From contig NC_068982.1 of assembly GCF_001194135.2 (NCBI RefSeq), positions 168,146,505 to 168,206,918 on the forward strand: 60,414 bases of DNA, read 5' to 3'. Position numbers and translations under genes: made by a program. Under the pieces are notes generated by a model that saw only the letters and a list, made by a program, of their open reading frames with translations, was not told the DNA's origin and ran no database searches. The DNA is from Octopus bimaculoides (taxonomy: Eukaryota). Shown piece after piece: positions 37,500-51,008 of this stretch (position 1 is its first letter; every line of letters starts with the position of its first letter).

Positions 37500-39692
37500 C
37501 ATACATACACAAAGGGAGAGATAGAGAGAGAGAGGGGGGAGAGAGAAAGAAAGAAAGAGAAAGTATTCACAATAAGGCATGTTGCCTAAGCAGTTCAGGG
37601 TCCTAACTGTTCGAAGAACAACTACAATAAATATGACATATGAATCATTCACATTCGATGTTGGATCGCAGGTCAGACTTTGACTTATATAAGGCTACGA
37701 GAAACTCTTCATCTACAGCCTACGGTGAATAACCTGATGGAAACTGCTTTTACAAATATGCACAATTCTATAATTCTATAGTTGCGGAAATATTCTTCCA
37801 TAACTTTGATACCAACAACGGGGTCCGCTGAAATGAACTTCACCGTTACTGTTCCACTTGCAAAAATACCAGTAAAACACTCTCAAGCCATATTTTCTAA
37901 TATACACCTAGCTATACTGATTCTCAAGAAATAATGATACGGTAGTGACTGAAATGCATCCGACAAATAATCTCTGTTTGTTTGTTGTTCACGTGGGAGT
38001 AAATTAAGCAATAGTATCATGGACTGAGAAACTGTATTAAAATTAATATGTTCATACAAACATGAAACGCTGAGAAATTACAAATATTAATGCTGATTAC
38101 GTTCGTAGAAGCATTTAAATCGTATACGAAATGAAATAGTTCCCGATAAAAATGGAAAATAACAAAACTACACACGTCGCCTGTTTCCATTATATTCATA
38201 GTCTTCCGTCTTTAGCGCAACTAAAACATGGATATAACATTGTTTTATTTTTATTGGTATACAGTTCTCTAGAATTAGAACCAGCTTTACCATATATGAA
38301 TTTTTAATCATAAGACCACAACTGTCTTACGAAAAGGATGGGCTAGTATAGAACTTTCATGCATGAAATGGATCGAAAACTAGAGAAAATTCGAAACAAA
38401 AGTAGAAAAAATTCAATGTACCGGGAGCTCTCATAGATTTAACAGTATTGCCATATAAAAGAAAGCATTTCTATTATTCCTATATTTTATCTTAATACAA
38501 TACTGGAATCAAAATCAAAATAACATTTTCCCCATCTGGTTGAAAGACAAAATTCATTCCTTAATATATTCCCAGCTTAAAGCAATATTGAGACTATTAG
38601 ATTTATATTTGATTTTATTTGTTGCTGTTCCAGAGAGGATGGAATAATTGTTGAACGAACCGACATTTTGAAATACGCTTGTCATTCGACGTTTTCACTC
38701 TCTTCAATAAACTCTTTGTTTGTCCTCATTTACATGTCTTAGGAAATTTGGATCCCATTCGGACAATAAAGTGACCACCTTTTATTGCAATATTAGTTAT
38801 CAAATATTCATTAGTTACTTGGTATTCAACTATAATGCCATTTCTGCATCCTGTATATAGTTGAATTTTAAGTCCCGAAGCTTAAAATTCGTAAGCATTT
38901 AAATGTGTCTGAGATATATTTTTGTGTATATATTGCTACATGCGAATGAATAAATAAATTGCAAATACAGTTCTTCTGTAAAAAAAAACATTTGTGTAGA
39001 TACGTCTACGTGTGTGTTTATCAACAAATTTTATTTCTTCTTATAATTTATCATCAACACATTATGTGAGTAAGTTGCAGGTAATTCTCTTACGACATAT
39101 AATGGAAAGAAATATTCTGACAAACACACGGTCACGAATATTATTTTTCCCAATATAGTCCAGAAGATATATAATTCATAAGTTATGATATTATGTCATG
39201 TATTGTTTATCATTTTTAGCGGTACCTCTTAGTTTCAAAATGTTTATAATATTTCTATTAACAACCATACATATACAAGAAGTAATAATCAGAAATAAGG
39301 TTAAGATTCAAGTCATTCATTAGAATTAACATTTACACCAATTTGCAAACACTTCTTTAGAATTTGTAAGAGATTAAGGAGGAATATCTCTTTTCCATAG
39401 TGAACCTCTGAATATTCACCACTGACTTTAAAATACGTTGTAACATCCATATCTGAAACGACGCGTCTTTTCAGATATGGATGTGAAATCTGTTATCAGC
39501 GCTACAGGACTGAAGCAGTCAGAGCTTTTGAGAGAAGGTGAAAGGGACTATGGATCATCCGGGATGAATGAAGTAGTCTTGCGGGGTGGGTTGAATAGAT
39601 GTTTTGTTGATATATTTGTGATTTTCTACAAATGTGTGTCTACGTGGTTGCTGCAAAATATGAATGGGTATAGTAAAGGAATTTACAATTTG

Positions 39693-39724
<32 letters not shown>

Positions 39725-39727
<3 letters not shown>

Positions 39728-40100
39728 ATGGGCTCAACTCCCCTCCTCTCTTCATCTGACACCCCTCTCCTCTCTTCCTCTGACACCTACTTACTCTCTT
39801 CACTCCTACCCACCTTCTCTCTTCCTTGATACCCCCTCCACCCCACACACCCCACACCTCCACTCTTATCCCCACATCACACCACCCCACCCACTCCACT
39901 CCACAAACACTTGCACTAACCACTTCCCAGCACTCACACAACACACCATCATCGGCATACCCGCACACCATCATCCGCATACCCATAGACCATCATCCAC
40001 ACACCCACACTTTACAGACGCACACACATGCGCACACGTCAAAACTTCTAGCCCCTATTTACACACACACACTTACACATTCTCACATGCACACATTGAC
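39725..40100 (+). repeat. Strand-asymmetric C/A-rich low-complexity tract (retroelement 3' UTR-like)
   Basis: Very few G on the plus strand; source of the His/Pro/Thr-rich ORF at 39477..40115. Confidence 0.85.
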
Positions 40101-40256
40101 GCACGCACACCTTAGTTTTGGGGTCACCAATACTTTATTATCTCCTCTTCTTTCTACGTCTCCTGTCAAACCGTTTTTACCCCAACCAGCCGCCATGTTT
40201 GATCGCTAAATTCACACGTTCTTTTTTTATGCTCCCTATGTTTATTTTCTCGTATT

Positions 40257-40294
40257 CCTTTCTGTTGAAGAGCGTAGGCACGAAATGAAAAAGG
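40257..40294 (+). ncRNA. Decayed hammerhead motif in a pLTR-like repeat (about 40100-40358)
   Basis: CCUUU-CUGUUGA-a-GAGC-guag-GCAC-GAAA-ug-AA-AAAGG: stem I perfect; A6 to U, U16.1 to A and one stem II mismatch. Confidence 0.5.
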
Positions 40295-40414
40295 CTTTCT
40301 CAGTTCCCCGAGTATCAAACTAATACACCTGCTTGTTGTTCATACACCTGTCTTCAACTATATATATATATATATACACTCACACATATATATATACATA
40401 TATGCATATATATG

Positions 40415-40462
<48 letters not shown>

Positions 40463-41657
40463 NNNNNNNNNNNNNNNNNNNNNNNNNNNNNNNNNNNNNN
40501 NNNNNNNNNNNNNNNNNNNNNNNNNNNNNNNNNNNNNNNNNNNNNNNNNNNNNNNNNNNNNNNNNNNNNNNNNNNNNNNNNNNNNNNNNNNNNNNNNNNN
40601 NNNNNNNNNNNNNNNNNNNNNNNNNNNNNNNNNNNNNNNNNNNNNNNNTTATTGAACATAGTTAACAAATACACGGAGTATAAATATTTACATTGATCCT
40701 GCTACCATTCAGTTGGTAGAATGAACTTATCAGAATAGTGTATCTTTGGTAAGAACAAAGAATTTAGGGATTGTTACAGTGTATAGTGCGGGGGGGGGGG
40801 AATAATTAACCCAAGTGACCCATTTATCTACACTTCTAACAATAGAGAAAGGATCGGCTCCGTTCGTCTAGATTTTTATCTCAAGTAAGTTGTTTATATG
40901 TACTGGTCTGTGGTGAAAAAGTAATTAATACCAGGCCAGCCTACTAAATTATCAAAAGTGATGGGACTATATGTCGGCATAATCTTGGCAAAATGGGTTA
41001 GGCATAGGGTAGTAATAATGGAGTGAGTGATGGGGAGGGGATGATAGTGAGAAAAAGTAATATAGGAAAAGCTGAATTTACTTAGATTCATTACCGTATT
41101 AAAGACCTTGAGAAACAAATGGAATAAAATTCTAAAAAAAATAAAATAGGGGTGGTAATCAAATCACAATAGAAAAAAGTGGGACTATTACAATTTAGCA
41201 TAGTTTGTTGCCAACTTAATGTGACAGTCTCAGTAAAAAGAAGAATGCTACTACTATTTAACCCCAGGAAACACCGTTTCCATTTGGTTATGTGACACAA
41301 GCGTTTTTTGTCCTTAAGTTTTCGCACAGAGGAGACAAGCCATTCCACCCAGCAAAGCCAGCTTCCAGAGACTAGTTTCAGAGTCATTGCTCTTCATCAA
41401 TCGTCTTCATTTCTAATTTTATAGTTATAAATGTTATAGCATTAAGATAAATTTAGAAATTAGATTTGTAAGTCACGAATAAATTATATTTAAAATTATC
41501 ATAAGAAAGTGAGGAAAAAAATATTTAAAGAATATATAAAGAAGTGTATTNNNNNNNNNNNNNNNNNNNNNNNNNNNNNNNNNNNNNNNNNNNNNNNNNN
41601 NNNNNNNNNNNNNNNNNNNNNNNNNNTATATATATACATACATATACATATATATAA

Positions 41658-41749
<92 letters not shown>

Positions 41750-41769
41750 ATATAGGTGCGGACGCTGGC

Positions 41770-41862
41770 TGTATGTATATATGTATGTACATATAGGTGC
41801 AGAGTGCTCCAGTATGGGTGCAGTCAAATTACTGAAGTAAGTAAAAGAATAAAAGAATAAAA
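41770..41862 (+). mobile_element. SINE family B 3' end
   Basis: GTGCTCCAGTATGG.TGCAGTCAAATTACTGAA..AAGTAAAAGAATAAAAGAATA. Confidence 0.8.
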
Positions 41863-44466
41863 CAATATATATATATACATTCATACATATCTCCACGTTC
41901 ATATCATTAGGTTCATTCAACGGAAAATTTTAAGGAAGTGTCTCAATATAGTCGAAGTCCAAGGACCGAAACAAAATAAAATAAAATCATATATAAATCA
42001 ACGTATATCTGCATGGGCTTATATGTATATGTGTGCACATACATTTATGGCTATGAGTATGACTGTATTTCCATCCTTGTGTGTTCATGTACAATTGCGT
42101 GCGTGTGAATGCTAAGTGTGTATATATATTGTAGTTTCTTTCAAGATCATATAACCTTCTTCGTGTTGATATGTGTACGCTTATATTTGGAAACATGACA
42201 GCTAGCACCTTAGTTTCAACTACTGTGTTTTTGGTCCCATATATGTATGTACTTGTGTGGGATTGTGAAAATATGTGAGTTGGCAGAGTAAATTCAAATG
42301 TCTCTATTTATGTATGTTTGTATGAAGGTATGAATGTGTATGTCGTTAGTAATAGATTGTCTATAAATCATCAGTATTCAATTGACTAAAACGTAACCTT
42401 ACCTCTCATTATAATCTTAATCTTCCTTTTCTGTCTCATTTTCTATCCCACCATCTCTGAATCCAATTATCCCCGAGTTCTTTTCCTTCATCCGACTACT
42501 TTCTTCCCAAGCATTTTTTGAAACTAACTCTTTATTATTTCCAGTAATGTTTTCGTTAAAAATTCTCTACTCTCCTAGACAGAGGACCAACACAAAATAA
42601 TTTTATTTGTGGAGACCAGAAACAGCATTCTTGAATTTTCTTTTTAGCACTCACACTCAGAGTCAAACAAATATGTGTATAAAAAGTTGAGATACACAGC
42701 CATTTGCTTTCTCAGAAATATGATTTCATGATAATGACTTGATATTCAATTATTTTTAAACAGTTTTAATCATTTTAAAGGAAAGACAGAAGGTAATCTA
42801 CTCCCACGTACAGTATGCTTTAAAGAAGTGTAGAGTACTTCGTAAGAATGTATTTCACCATCAGTTACTTTTTCATCCGGCTGAACTTGGTGGTAAATAT
42901 TAATCGAGAATATACTTGCTCAGTTGTTACTAACATTTCTATGTTCACTTACCTTAGTGTATCTAACAGGTCTTAAATAAAGTTGCAATTTTCTTTTAAA
43001 ATTATAAAGGTGGTAAAATTAGTAATGGTGTATTGCTGGATTATCAGTACTCAAAAGAAAAACAGTCTTATTAGTTGGCAAGAAAAGTTTAGAGAAGCGG
43101 CTTGGTTTCGATATGAAGTGTAGAGAATTTAGCAGATTGTAAAGTATTAATCTACAAAGAAATAAATATGAGGAAAAAGTAGCTTCTCATGGATTATTCT
43201 TCTAGCTATGTCGAACAGAAATGAATCCTTTGAAAACAAGATAAGAGATTTTACGAAAATCCAAGTTCTTCAATTGAAAATCACGAGGTTATACTGAATA
43301 CCTAAAGACTACAGAAATAATAACTTAATAAACAGACTGCAATGATTTATTAACGGATTAAATAACATTAGTTTTGGGAGTAAAAATTCTACGACTGAAA
43401 GTATGAAATAGCTGATGTCTTGAAGCTAAGCATTTGTACAGATATATAATTCATATTTAAAGGAATTAGAAATGACATAGCAGTTCGAAAAGAAATGTTG
43501 ACATCTGGATGAATAGACATCAATGCTTCGAATACAGCATTCAAACGCATCAGTGGAATAATTTCATATTACTTACATCTTAAGTTAATCTATCATTCAT
43601 CCTTGTGTAGTAGTCTGTCCCTAATAATTATTATCATTTAGAACCATCTTGTAAAGGCGTGGTCACTAGCAAATGGCTAATTCACAAATGGAAAACTACA
43701 AACGATTTGAAATTAATGAAATGGGATTTAATATCACTAATGCGGTCGTAATTATTGGAATATACGTATATGGTATTAGAAGCTAATCATTCTATCAAAT
43801 GGAAACGTCGATTTCTTATTTGTGCAAAAATGTGTTAATTTTATACTCGATATTAATATAAAATTGAACACCCCCCCACACACACACACACTCCTACGCA
43901 CAGTCACGTATATACAGCACATTCACACTCACTATGTGTGTATTAAGTTCTGCAAATCACAATACTGGAAGTTCCACAAATGTAAATAACAGGCTAGGAT
44001 TTTCAGACACTTCTCACTGCTGAGACCGCCTTATCTTGTAGATAAGAGTGATTAGCATTCAATAGAGAATGTGACTCATTCTAATCGGTTGGTTTATAAC
44101 AGCTTGTACTGGCGTATCACGGAGGCTTATAGCTACATGTCAATGAGAGGCAAATCTAAAGGAATCGGCATGATAACATTTATGCAACGTAAGCGTCTAA
44201 AAGATCAGGTATGGATTTGTTTCTGTAAAACATGAAACGATGCAATTCTATGCCAAATTGTTAATGCAAATAATTTAAATTCATGACTCCAGTTGCATGT
44301 TCTTTTATTCTTCCGTTGTACGCTTATCTACTTATCTGTATAAACACATATATTTATGGATACATGCACACACACATATGTTTCTATATAAATGTGTGTA
44401 GATGTCTGTATTTATGCATTATATATATACGTATATCAACGTTGCCAGAGACATTTTTAATAGATT

Positions 44467-45380
44467 TCTGAACTGATCAGCTGGAGTCAGGTGGCCTTTA
44501 AACCGAAGAAATGCAAATCTCTTTCACTGAAGGGTGGATCGCTCGTAAATTTGGTTTTCAGCATCGGTGGAGAGCAAATACCAACTGTTCGTGAGCAAAG
44601 TGTCAAAAGCCTGGCAAGATGGTACAGATGGGCAGCTTTTCGACATCATCCCAATTCAGTCACTGACCCTGCTGTGCTTGTTGTGCTGCGTAACCCAGAC
44701 GCCTCTTATCTTCCAACTACCTTACTTGTTGTTCATGTAGCTTCTGCTGTGATTATTCACTCGACTCAGACCAGAACCACTCTATCTTGACAAGCCTCAC
44801 ACAAGCCCTGCCGTCTATAATCACTCCACGCACTTCAGCATGCTGGACCATCTCATCAAGTTGCTGCATAGCCTCAGTGACCTTCCATTTCCTCCAGCCC
44901 GACCTGGTGTTGGTAGATGGGGTCAGAGACGTGTGGTCCTTGGGGAGCTTACTGTGCCATAGGAGGAGAGCATTGCTGAGGTCCATGAGCGGAAGCTATT
45001 GAGTTATGAAGAGCTGGTAGCTGAGATTCGGAAGAAGGGTTACATCTGTGAGTTGGTTGCGTTCGAGGTTGGCTGTTGGGTTTTCCCAGCAGCTTACCTC
45101 AGAAGGTTTCTGGAGGTGGCTGGTGTATCTACTGTGAGGAAGACAATCAAGGAATTGGAGAGAAAACAATTGAGGGTAGTGCGTAGATTACCAGGAGATT
45201 TGTGAATGCGTATAAGACCACAGAACTGTCATGAGTCCGGTTGCAACACAATACGTCCAGCTGTTGTGGGCCCACCGTATGGAGAGATACTGAGTTTAAT
45301 GGGCCGAAATCTTGTCGAAGCACGGCACTCAGCTGATGATTGTAGCCAGATGAGAAATGGAGCACTCGGTGTCTTCTTCT
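44467..45380 (+). mobile_element. HERO-like (R2 superfamily, REL endonuclease) LINE 3' fragment with an internally inverted segment
   Basis: Plus 44470-44625 reads ELISWSQVAFKPKKCKSLSLKGG..FSIGGEQIPTV.E..VKSL.RWY. Minus 44626-44895 reads RKWK..EA......H.E..G...GR and QQAQQGQ*.NWDDVEK. Plus 44892-45205 reads QPDLVLV/VVLGELTVP*EE.I.EVHERK..Y.EL..E....GY......EVGC. Confidence 0.85.
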
Positions 45381-45443
45381 ACTATACATACATACATACA
45401 TACATACATACACACGCGCGCACACACATACACACACACACAT

Positions 45444-45505
<62 letters not shown>

Positions 45506-45530
45506 GTGCGAATAGTTTGCNNNNNNNNNN

Positions 45531-45563
<33 letters not shown>

Positions 45564-45689
45564 GTGCGAATAGTTTGCTTTTATTTGTAATGAATCTGAC
45601 ATTTCTACAGATCAACAACTGTTCAGATTACACGAAGAACACTGTAGTTTTGCTAGCTCCACAGATAACACACTTCGGAGACTTGGGCC

Positions 45690-46324
45690 AATTATCAAAA
45701 GTACAAGATTTACAGGTTCATTTACCAAGAGACGTGTAAAGGGCGTTGCACACAACGTCTAGGTTCTGATGAAGGTTGGCTGGTTCGTGGGCGAGAGCTT
45801 CGCAGTCATCGGCATACGAAGAGAGTAGTGCACTGAGTCTTTGTTAATGATGTTAGTCTCCTCAGGTTGAAGAGACTGCCATCGTAGCAATATCGAATTA
45901 GGATGCCATCTTCGGGATTGAAGTCTTAGCGAGATAGTAAGGTCACAACCACAAGGAACATGTTGAAGAGGACAGGGGCCAGGAAACAGCTTTGTTTAAC
46001 ACCGACTTGAACGTTGAAGTAGTCAGATAGATCACCACCCAATGTCACACGTGCTTGCATGCAGTCATGGAACTGGCGTAGCATGGCAAGAAGATTAGGA
46101 AAACATCCATACCTCTGCAGGACATTCCATAGTAGTGGGCTGTTAATAGTATTAAAAGCCTTGGTTGGGTCAATAAAGGCAAACGAGGCATCACGCTGTT
46201 CTCGGCACTTCTCTAAAAGGAGGCGGGAGACGAAGATCATGTCAATAGTACTTCGTGTTTCCAGCGTTGAGGGACTAAGACACTTTTCCAACAGTAGAGG
46301 ATAATCTGATGAAGACGCTGGACA

Positions 46325-46325
<1 letters not shown>
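45690..46325 (-). mobile_element. RTE-clade (BovB-like) reverse transcriptase fragment
   Basis: RSTIDMIF..R.L.EKCREQ...AFID.TKAF.TI...LW.VL.RYGC..N...MLRQFH..M.ARV...GVKQSC.LAP.LF, then GI.IRY..DG.LFNLRRL and YADD (45805-45816). Confidence 0.92.
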
Positions 46326-46356
<31 letters not shown>

Positions 46357-47260
46357 NNNNNNNNNNNNNNNNNNNNNNNNNNNNNNNNNNNNNNNNNNNN
46401 NNNNNNNNNNNNNNNNNNNNNNNNNNNNNNNNNNNNNNNNNNNNNNNNNNNNNNNNNNNNNNNNNNNNNNNNNNNNNNNNNNNNNNNNNNNNNNNNNNNN
46501 NNNTATATATATACGTAAATAGATACATGCATACATACACACATACGTACATATATCTATACGAACTCTTATTTATGAAAATATGATGCCTTATAGCTTT
46601 TATTACGCATGCGAACCACTGGCAATCTTCACCACTATTACTACTTATTACGCACACCAAAACCAGTACAATTATTGCCATTACCAACCCGCCAACTTCT
46701 TAAATATTCAACAACAACTGCAACAAGATAGGCAATTCCATCTAAAATAAAAGATAGTGTCATGAGATAATGTGGTACCCGAGTGTATTTTAAAAGTTAA
46801 AAGAAATATCTTTGATCTTAGATCAATGAAGATTGACTTGAGACTAAACAGCACCAGCAATACAATTAGCAAGAACACCAACGCCAAAATCAATACATCC
46901 ACCTCCATACCTATCCACCACCTTTTTAATAACCATTGCTGGTGACAGCAATAACAATATCAGTATGATACCAATGGATGTAGCTTTATATGTTGTATGT
47001 CATTACAACAGAGACTGTCTGTGTGAATGAGGAGGGAGGGGACGGAGAGGAGATTTATTACAAGAAGTTGGAATGCTCATGAATCGAGTAACCCTTCAAC
47101 TCATTGTTATCACACAATATTTCTTTACACTTCTCTCTTTCACATTTCCATATTCTTATTTTCATTCCTACATTCACCGGAATAAAAGAATATCTTTCAT
47201 CTCAAAATACAACAAAACTGTCCTTTCCTGGTACTACCTGTTTTTTTTTCTCCATATTAG

Positions 47261-47900
47261 ATGTAAGAAATTGCTGATTGCCGCCGCTTTGGGATTTACT
47301 AACTACTTTTGTGCTGCTGTAGGAAGGTGCGATGACAGTCATATTGCCAACAAAGCGTTGCTCCTTCACAACAAAGTTTGAACAGACCTAGTGTACTTAA
47401 ATAAGCTTTTTGATAATGTAAGTCAACTATATGCTGATTAATGGATCCTGAATCAATGTGATAGCTAACTCCGAGGCATATTATCTGAGAAAACTTTTAA
47501 GGACTTATGAAAGCAGTCGACAGCGAAGATAGCTTTATAGCTACAGAAATTCAGTATAACAGATGATGAGACATGGGATGAAGTGAAACCCACAACTTTT
47601 ATTGAGCTTGGAATAATATATGAATGGAATGAAACGTATGCGTGGCTGCATAAGTTTTCTATAAGCAAAATTAAATTTGGAAAGATATACTGCTACTTGC
47701 GAATGATGTGAGGTTTCAAGACGTCATGGAGGATATTGTGGTTGGTTGAGTTCTAGGTGTTCCATATCGGAAGTACGTCATCAAAAGCAAGCTAAGAATA
47801 TAGATGAGTGTACGGAATTACCTACAACTCCATTTAAATTAACTGAAACGAATATTGCTAATCAGTTGGCAGACGTATAGGGGTCTTTGTATGTTTCTGC
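47261..47900 (+). mobile_element. Very decayed RTE-like reverse transcriptase remnant
   Basis: DLVYLNKLFDNV (47385-47420) resembles ..F.DL.KAFD.V, EVKP resembles GVKQ, and ILLLANDV (47687-47710) resembles LLFADD. Order and spacing are plausible but there are many stops. Confidence 0.45.
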
Positions 47901-49504
47901 TGATTATTACACTCAACATGAAAATTACACGAGGAGTTTACAATGACTTCACTGAGCTATACAAAGTGATGATGTGTTATGAATATCAAACAACTTGTAT
48001 AAGTTTTTCACCCCTTAAGCAAATGACAGTAGTGTCTCTTATCCACTGAGTAATTCGCGTACCACCTCCTTACACAAATTCAACATCTTTTGTGGTAAAA
48101 ACGTATATTATTTCATTATGATTCTTATTTATTCACTAATGTATCCTTCTTTAAGTTTTTTTAATGTATACATATTGTAATGTATTTAGAAATTATTACT
48201 TTTATGCATAAGAAAAGTCGCATTCCTTGTTATTTTTTGTCATATTGATGGGTTTTTTTCTTTGTTTGGTGTTTGGTTTTTCGACAAAGTTCTTCAGAAT
48301 ACATCTCAATTAATAACATAAAAAGAAATACGAAAGTTAATTTCGCATCACGGCATTTTGCGTTGAGATTTTCAGAGAAGCGTTGTTCCTGTAGTCGGAG
48401 AGAGGTCATTGTGCTGAAAGATTCATTCACTTGGTTGTATCTAAAGAGATATAGATATTATGAAGAGTCAGTGTGTAATTAAGTGTATGGTACCATGACA
48501 ATTTAGATTTAAATTGAAATTAAGCTACAAGGATTTTTGATAAGATGATTGTTTGAACTAGCAATTTAGAATTTTTCATGACAAGAAAACAGTATTTTAA
48601 AATAAAATATAAAAGTGTCGTAATATTCAGAAGGACGGTAAAACTAATTTGTTAGTATACAAGATATATCAATGTTTCATAACTGCTTTTTGAACACAGA
48701 GTTGTTCTAAATTCAGACTGGGAATAAGACTGAAAAACCCCAACTCATTTGTACTTGATGTGCTCCCGATTAGAATTGTGAGTGTAAAAGATTATCCCTT
48801 TTACGTTGATTAAAAGTGTAGATGCAAAAGGGTTAACATTGGTCTGCTACAAGAAGAATCACTGCTCGTATGGGATCAGTTTGTTACTCATAGGTTTGGA
48901 AAGATCAAAATGCTAGCAAAGCTGAAAACATAACTGACAGTAATTCCTGAATGTCTGACGGCCCACTTAGAACCACTAGATGTCAACATAATGACCCCTT
49001 TAAAAATAACACGTGGAAATAATGGAATAAATGAATGACAGAGGAGAAACATGACATTATGCCAATTGGGAGAATGAAACATTCATCAATAGTTGAAGTG
49101 TGTGGGTGTTGAAATCATGGTCCGAAAATAAAACTGAAGTCTTTAAAACGTTAAGTTTTTAAAAGATGTGGTATCACTAATGCTATGAATAAGACTGAAA
49201 ATAACTTGTTTAAGAATGACAGTGATGGTCATAATTTTTACCTTAATGATTTAAACCTATGCGATGAATTTAGCAATGATGAGTTCTCAGTGTTTGACTA
49301 CACATAATTACTTTAGATTTACAGTTTTTTCAATCTTTTTCTTTTTTTCTCACTTACCTGGAATTTTAAGTCCTCAGATTTTTAGTAAATTGCGTAAATT
49401 GCGTTTTTAGTTGATTTGTACTCATTTTTCTTTTTCTAAATAAACATGTACACTGATATAGATTTACTTAGCTTCTATTTTTCATCGTTTTCATACGGAT
49501 AATA

Positions 49505-49511
49505 TCAAAAG

Positions 49512-49605
<94 letters not shown>
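49505..49605. repeat. (GT)n microsatellite running into a gap
   Basis: Directly visible. Confidence 0.97.
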
Positions 49606-49917
49606 NNNNNNNNNNNNNNNNNNNNNNNNNNNNGGGGTGAGTGTGTGTATATAAATGAGTAACAGTAGAGGTACAGGTGTACTGTAACTCATATTTCAAT
49701 CACCTGTTTCGGTAGCTTACCTTCGTAAATATTATGGACTGTATATTTAATAAAATACTCTGCTGGATCTAATTGTCTGCATACACCGCATGAATATCAT
49801 TCGGTTGGTATCTATGTACCAAGTTTGGTATTTACATAATATTGTTGTGTGTGTATATTATTCCGACCTAACGAGTTGCCTCAATTCAACCACCTAATTC
49901 AACTGATTCTCACTTAT

Positions 49918-49948
<31 letters not shown>

Positions 49949-49965
49949 CAATAGACACACACATG

Positions 49966-50270
49966 CCAAATAAACGCAATACTATAGATTCCTTCATCCC
50001 TCATTTATTACTGTTCTTATTCTAACTCATGTCCATTACCCGCAAATCTTTCGTTCGCTTATTCCATTCTGACAGAATGGAATAAGTGAAGCAAGGGCAC
50101 ACACAAATACGAAAAGTCTCACTGAAGAGGTCACAGATGTGTGACAGAAGATTTGCGGACAATGGACATGAGTTAGGATAAGAACAGTAATAAACGAGTG
50201 AAGAACGAATATATAGTACCTTAGTTTATTTGACAAAGGAACAAAATGACCGTCTCAAAATACATCTATA
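49966..50270. mobile_element. Head-to-head foldback element, HHR family A, 1-nt loop at 50072
   Basis: TTCGCTTATTCCATTCTG-a-CAGAATGGAATAAGTGAA. The left arm lacks the equivalent of about 50091-50144. The right arm carries CUGAAGA-g-GUCACA-gaug-UGUGAC followed by decayed AGAA...UUG. Confidence 0.8.
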
Positions 50271-50420
50271 TATTGCACTATTACCTCTGTGTAAAAGTAT
50301 AATCGATAGAAGGTTAAGGTTGAGGATCATAGTTGAGTAAGCATTTAATCAGAGAGATGGGTGCTTCAAAACATCGTAGTATCCTACGCAAGCACATGCA
50401 TATAAACACGTGCACATAGC

Positions 50421-50469
<49 letters not shown>

Positions 50470-50541
50470 GCACACACCCAAGCATACACCCAAGCACGCA
50501 CCCAAGCACACAACCAAGCGCGAGCGCACACGCACATCCAC

Positions 50542-50604
<63 letters not shown>

Positions 50605-50759
50605 GTACTGTACCGTAATTAGTACTCCATCCAGTGAGAGATAAATATCATTTAATAAAAGCAGGATTTAAATGTGAGTTACTAGAAGTTTCATACTCGG
50701 ATGACCTTGTATACCGAGCCGTGTACTATCCAGCAATCTTCGAGCACAATATCTAACTA

Positions 50760-50798
50760 TCGATGTGTGTGTGTGAGAGAGAGAGAGAGTGTGTGTGT

Positions 50799-50852
<54 letters not shown>

Positions 50853-50946
50853 TTCTGTGCGTATATGTGTGTTTCTGTGTGTGTATATGTGACATTGTGA
50901 AAGTACATGCCTACGTATATATGTGCATATGTATGTATATACATGC

Positions 50947-51006
<60 letters not shown>
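50760..51006. repeat. Compound dinucleotide array (GT)/(GA)/(CT)/(GT)
   Basis: Directly visible. Confidence 0.95.

Positions 51007-51008
<2 letters not shown>

Noticed and set aside
39477-40209. 212-aa His/Pro/Thr-rich ORF and overlapping ORFs
   Set aside because: Product of a G-poor low-complexity tract and a TA repeat that lacks stops by composition.
40890-41330. Possible second Penelope 3' end on the minus strand (FLGLN then a C-rich tract)
   Set aside because: Only a three-residue motif supports it.
45330-45365. CTGATGA...GAAA in the HERO-like 3' region
   Set aside because: No stem II and no UH site with stem I pairing.
45470-45580. Exact repeat of (TA)n-AATGTGCGAATAGTTTGC around a 10-N gap
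   Set aside because: Unmerged contig overlap, an assembly artefact.
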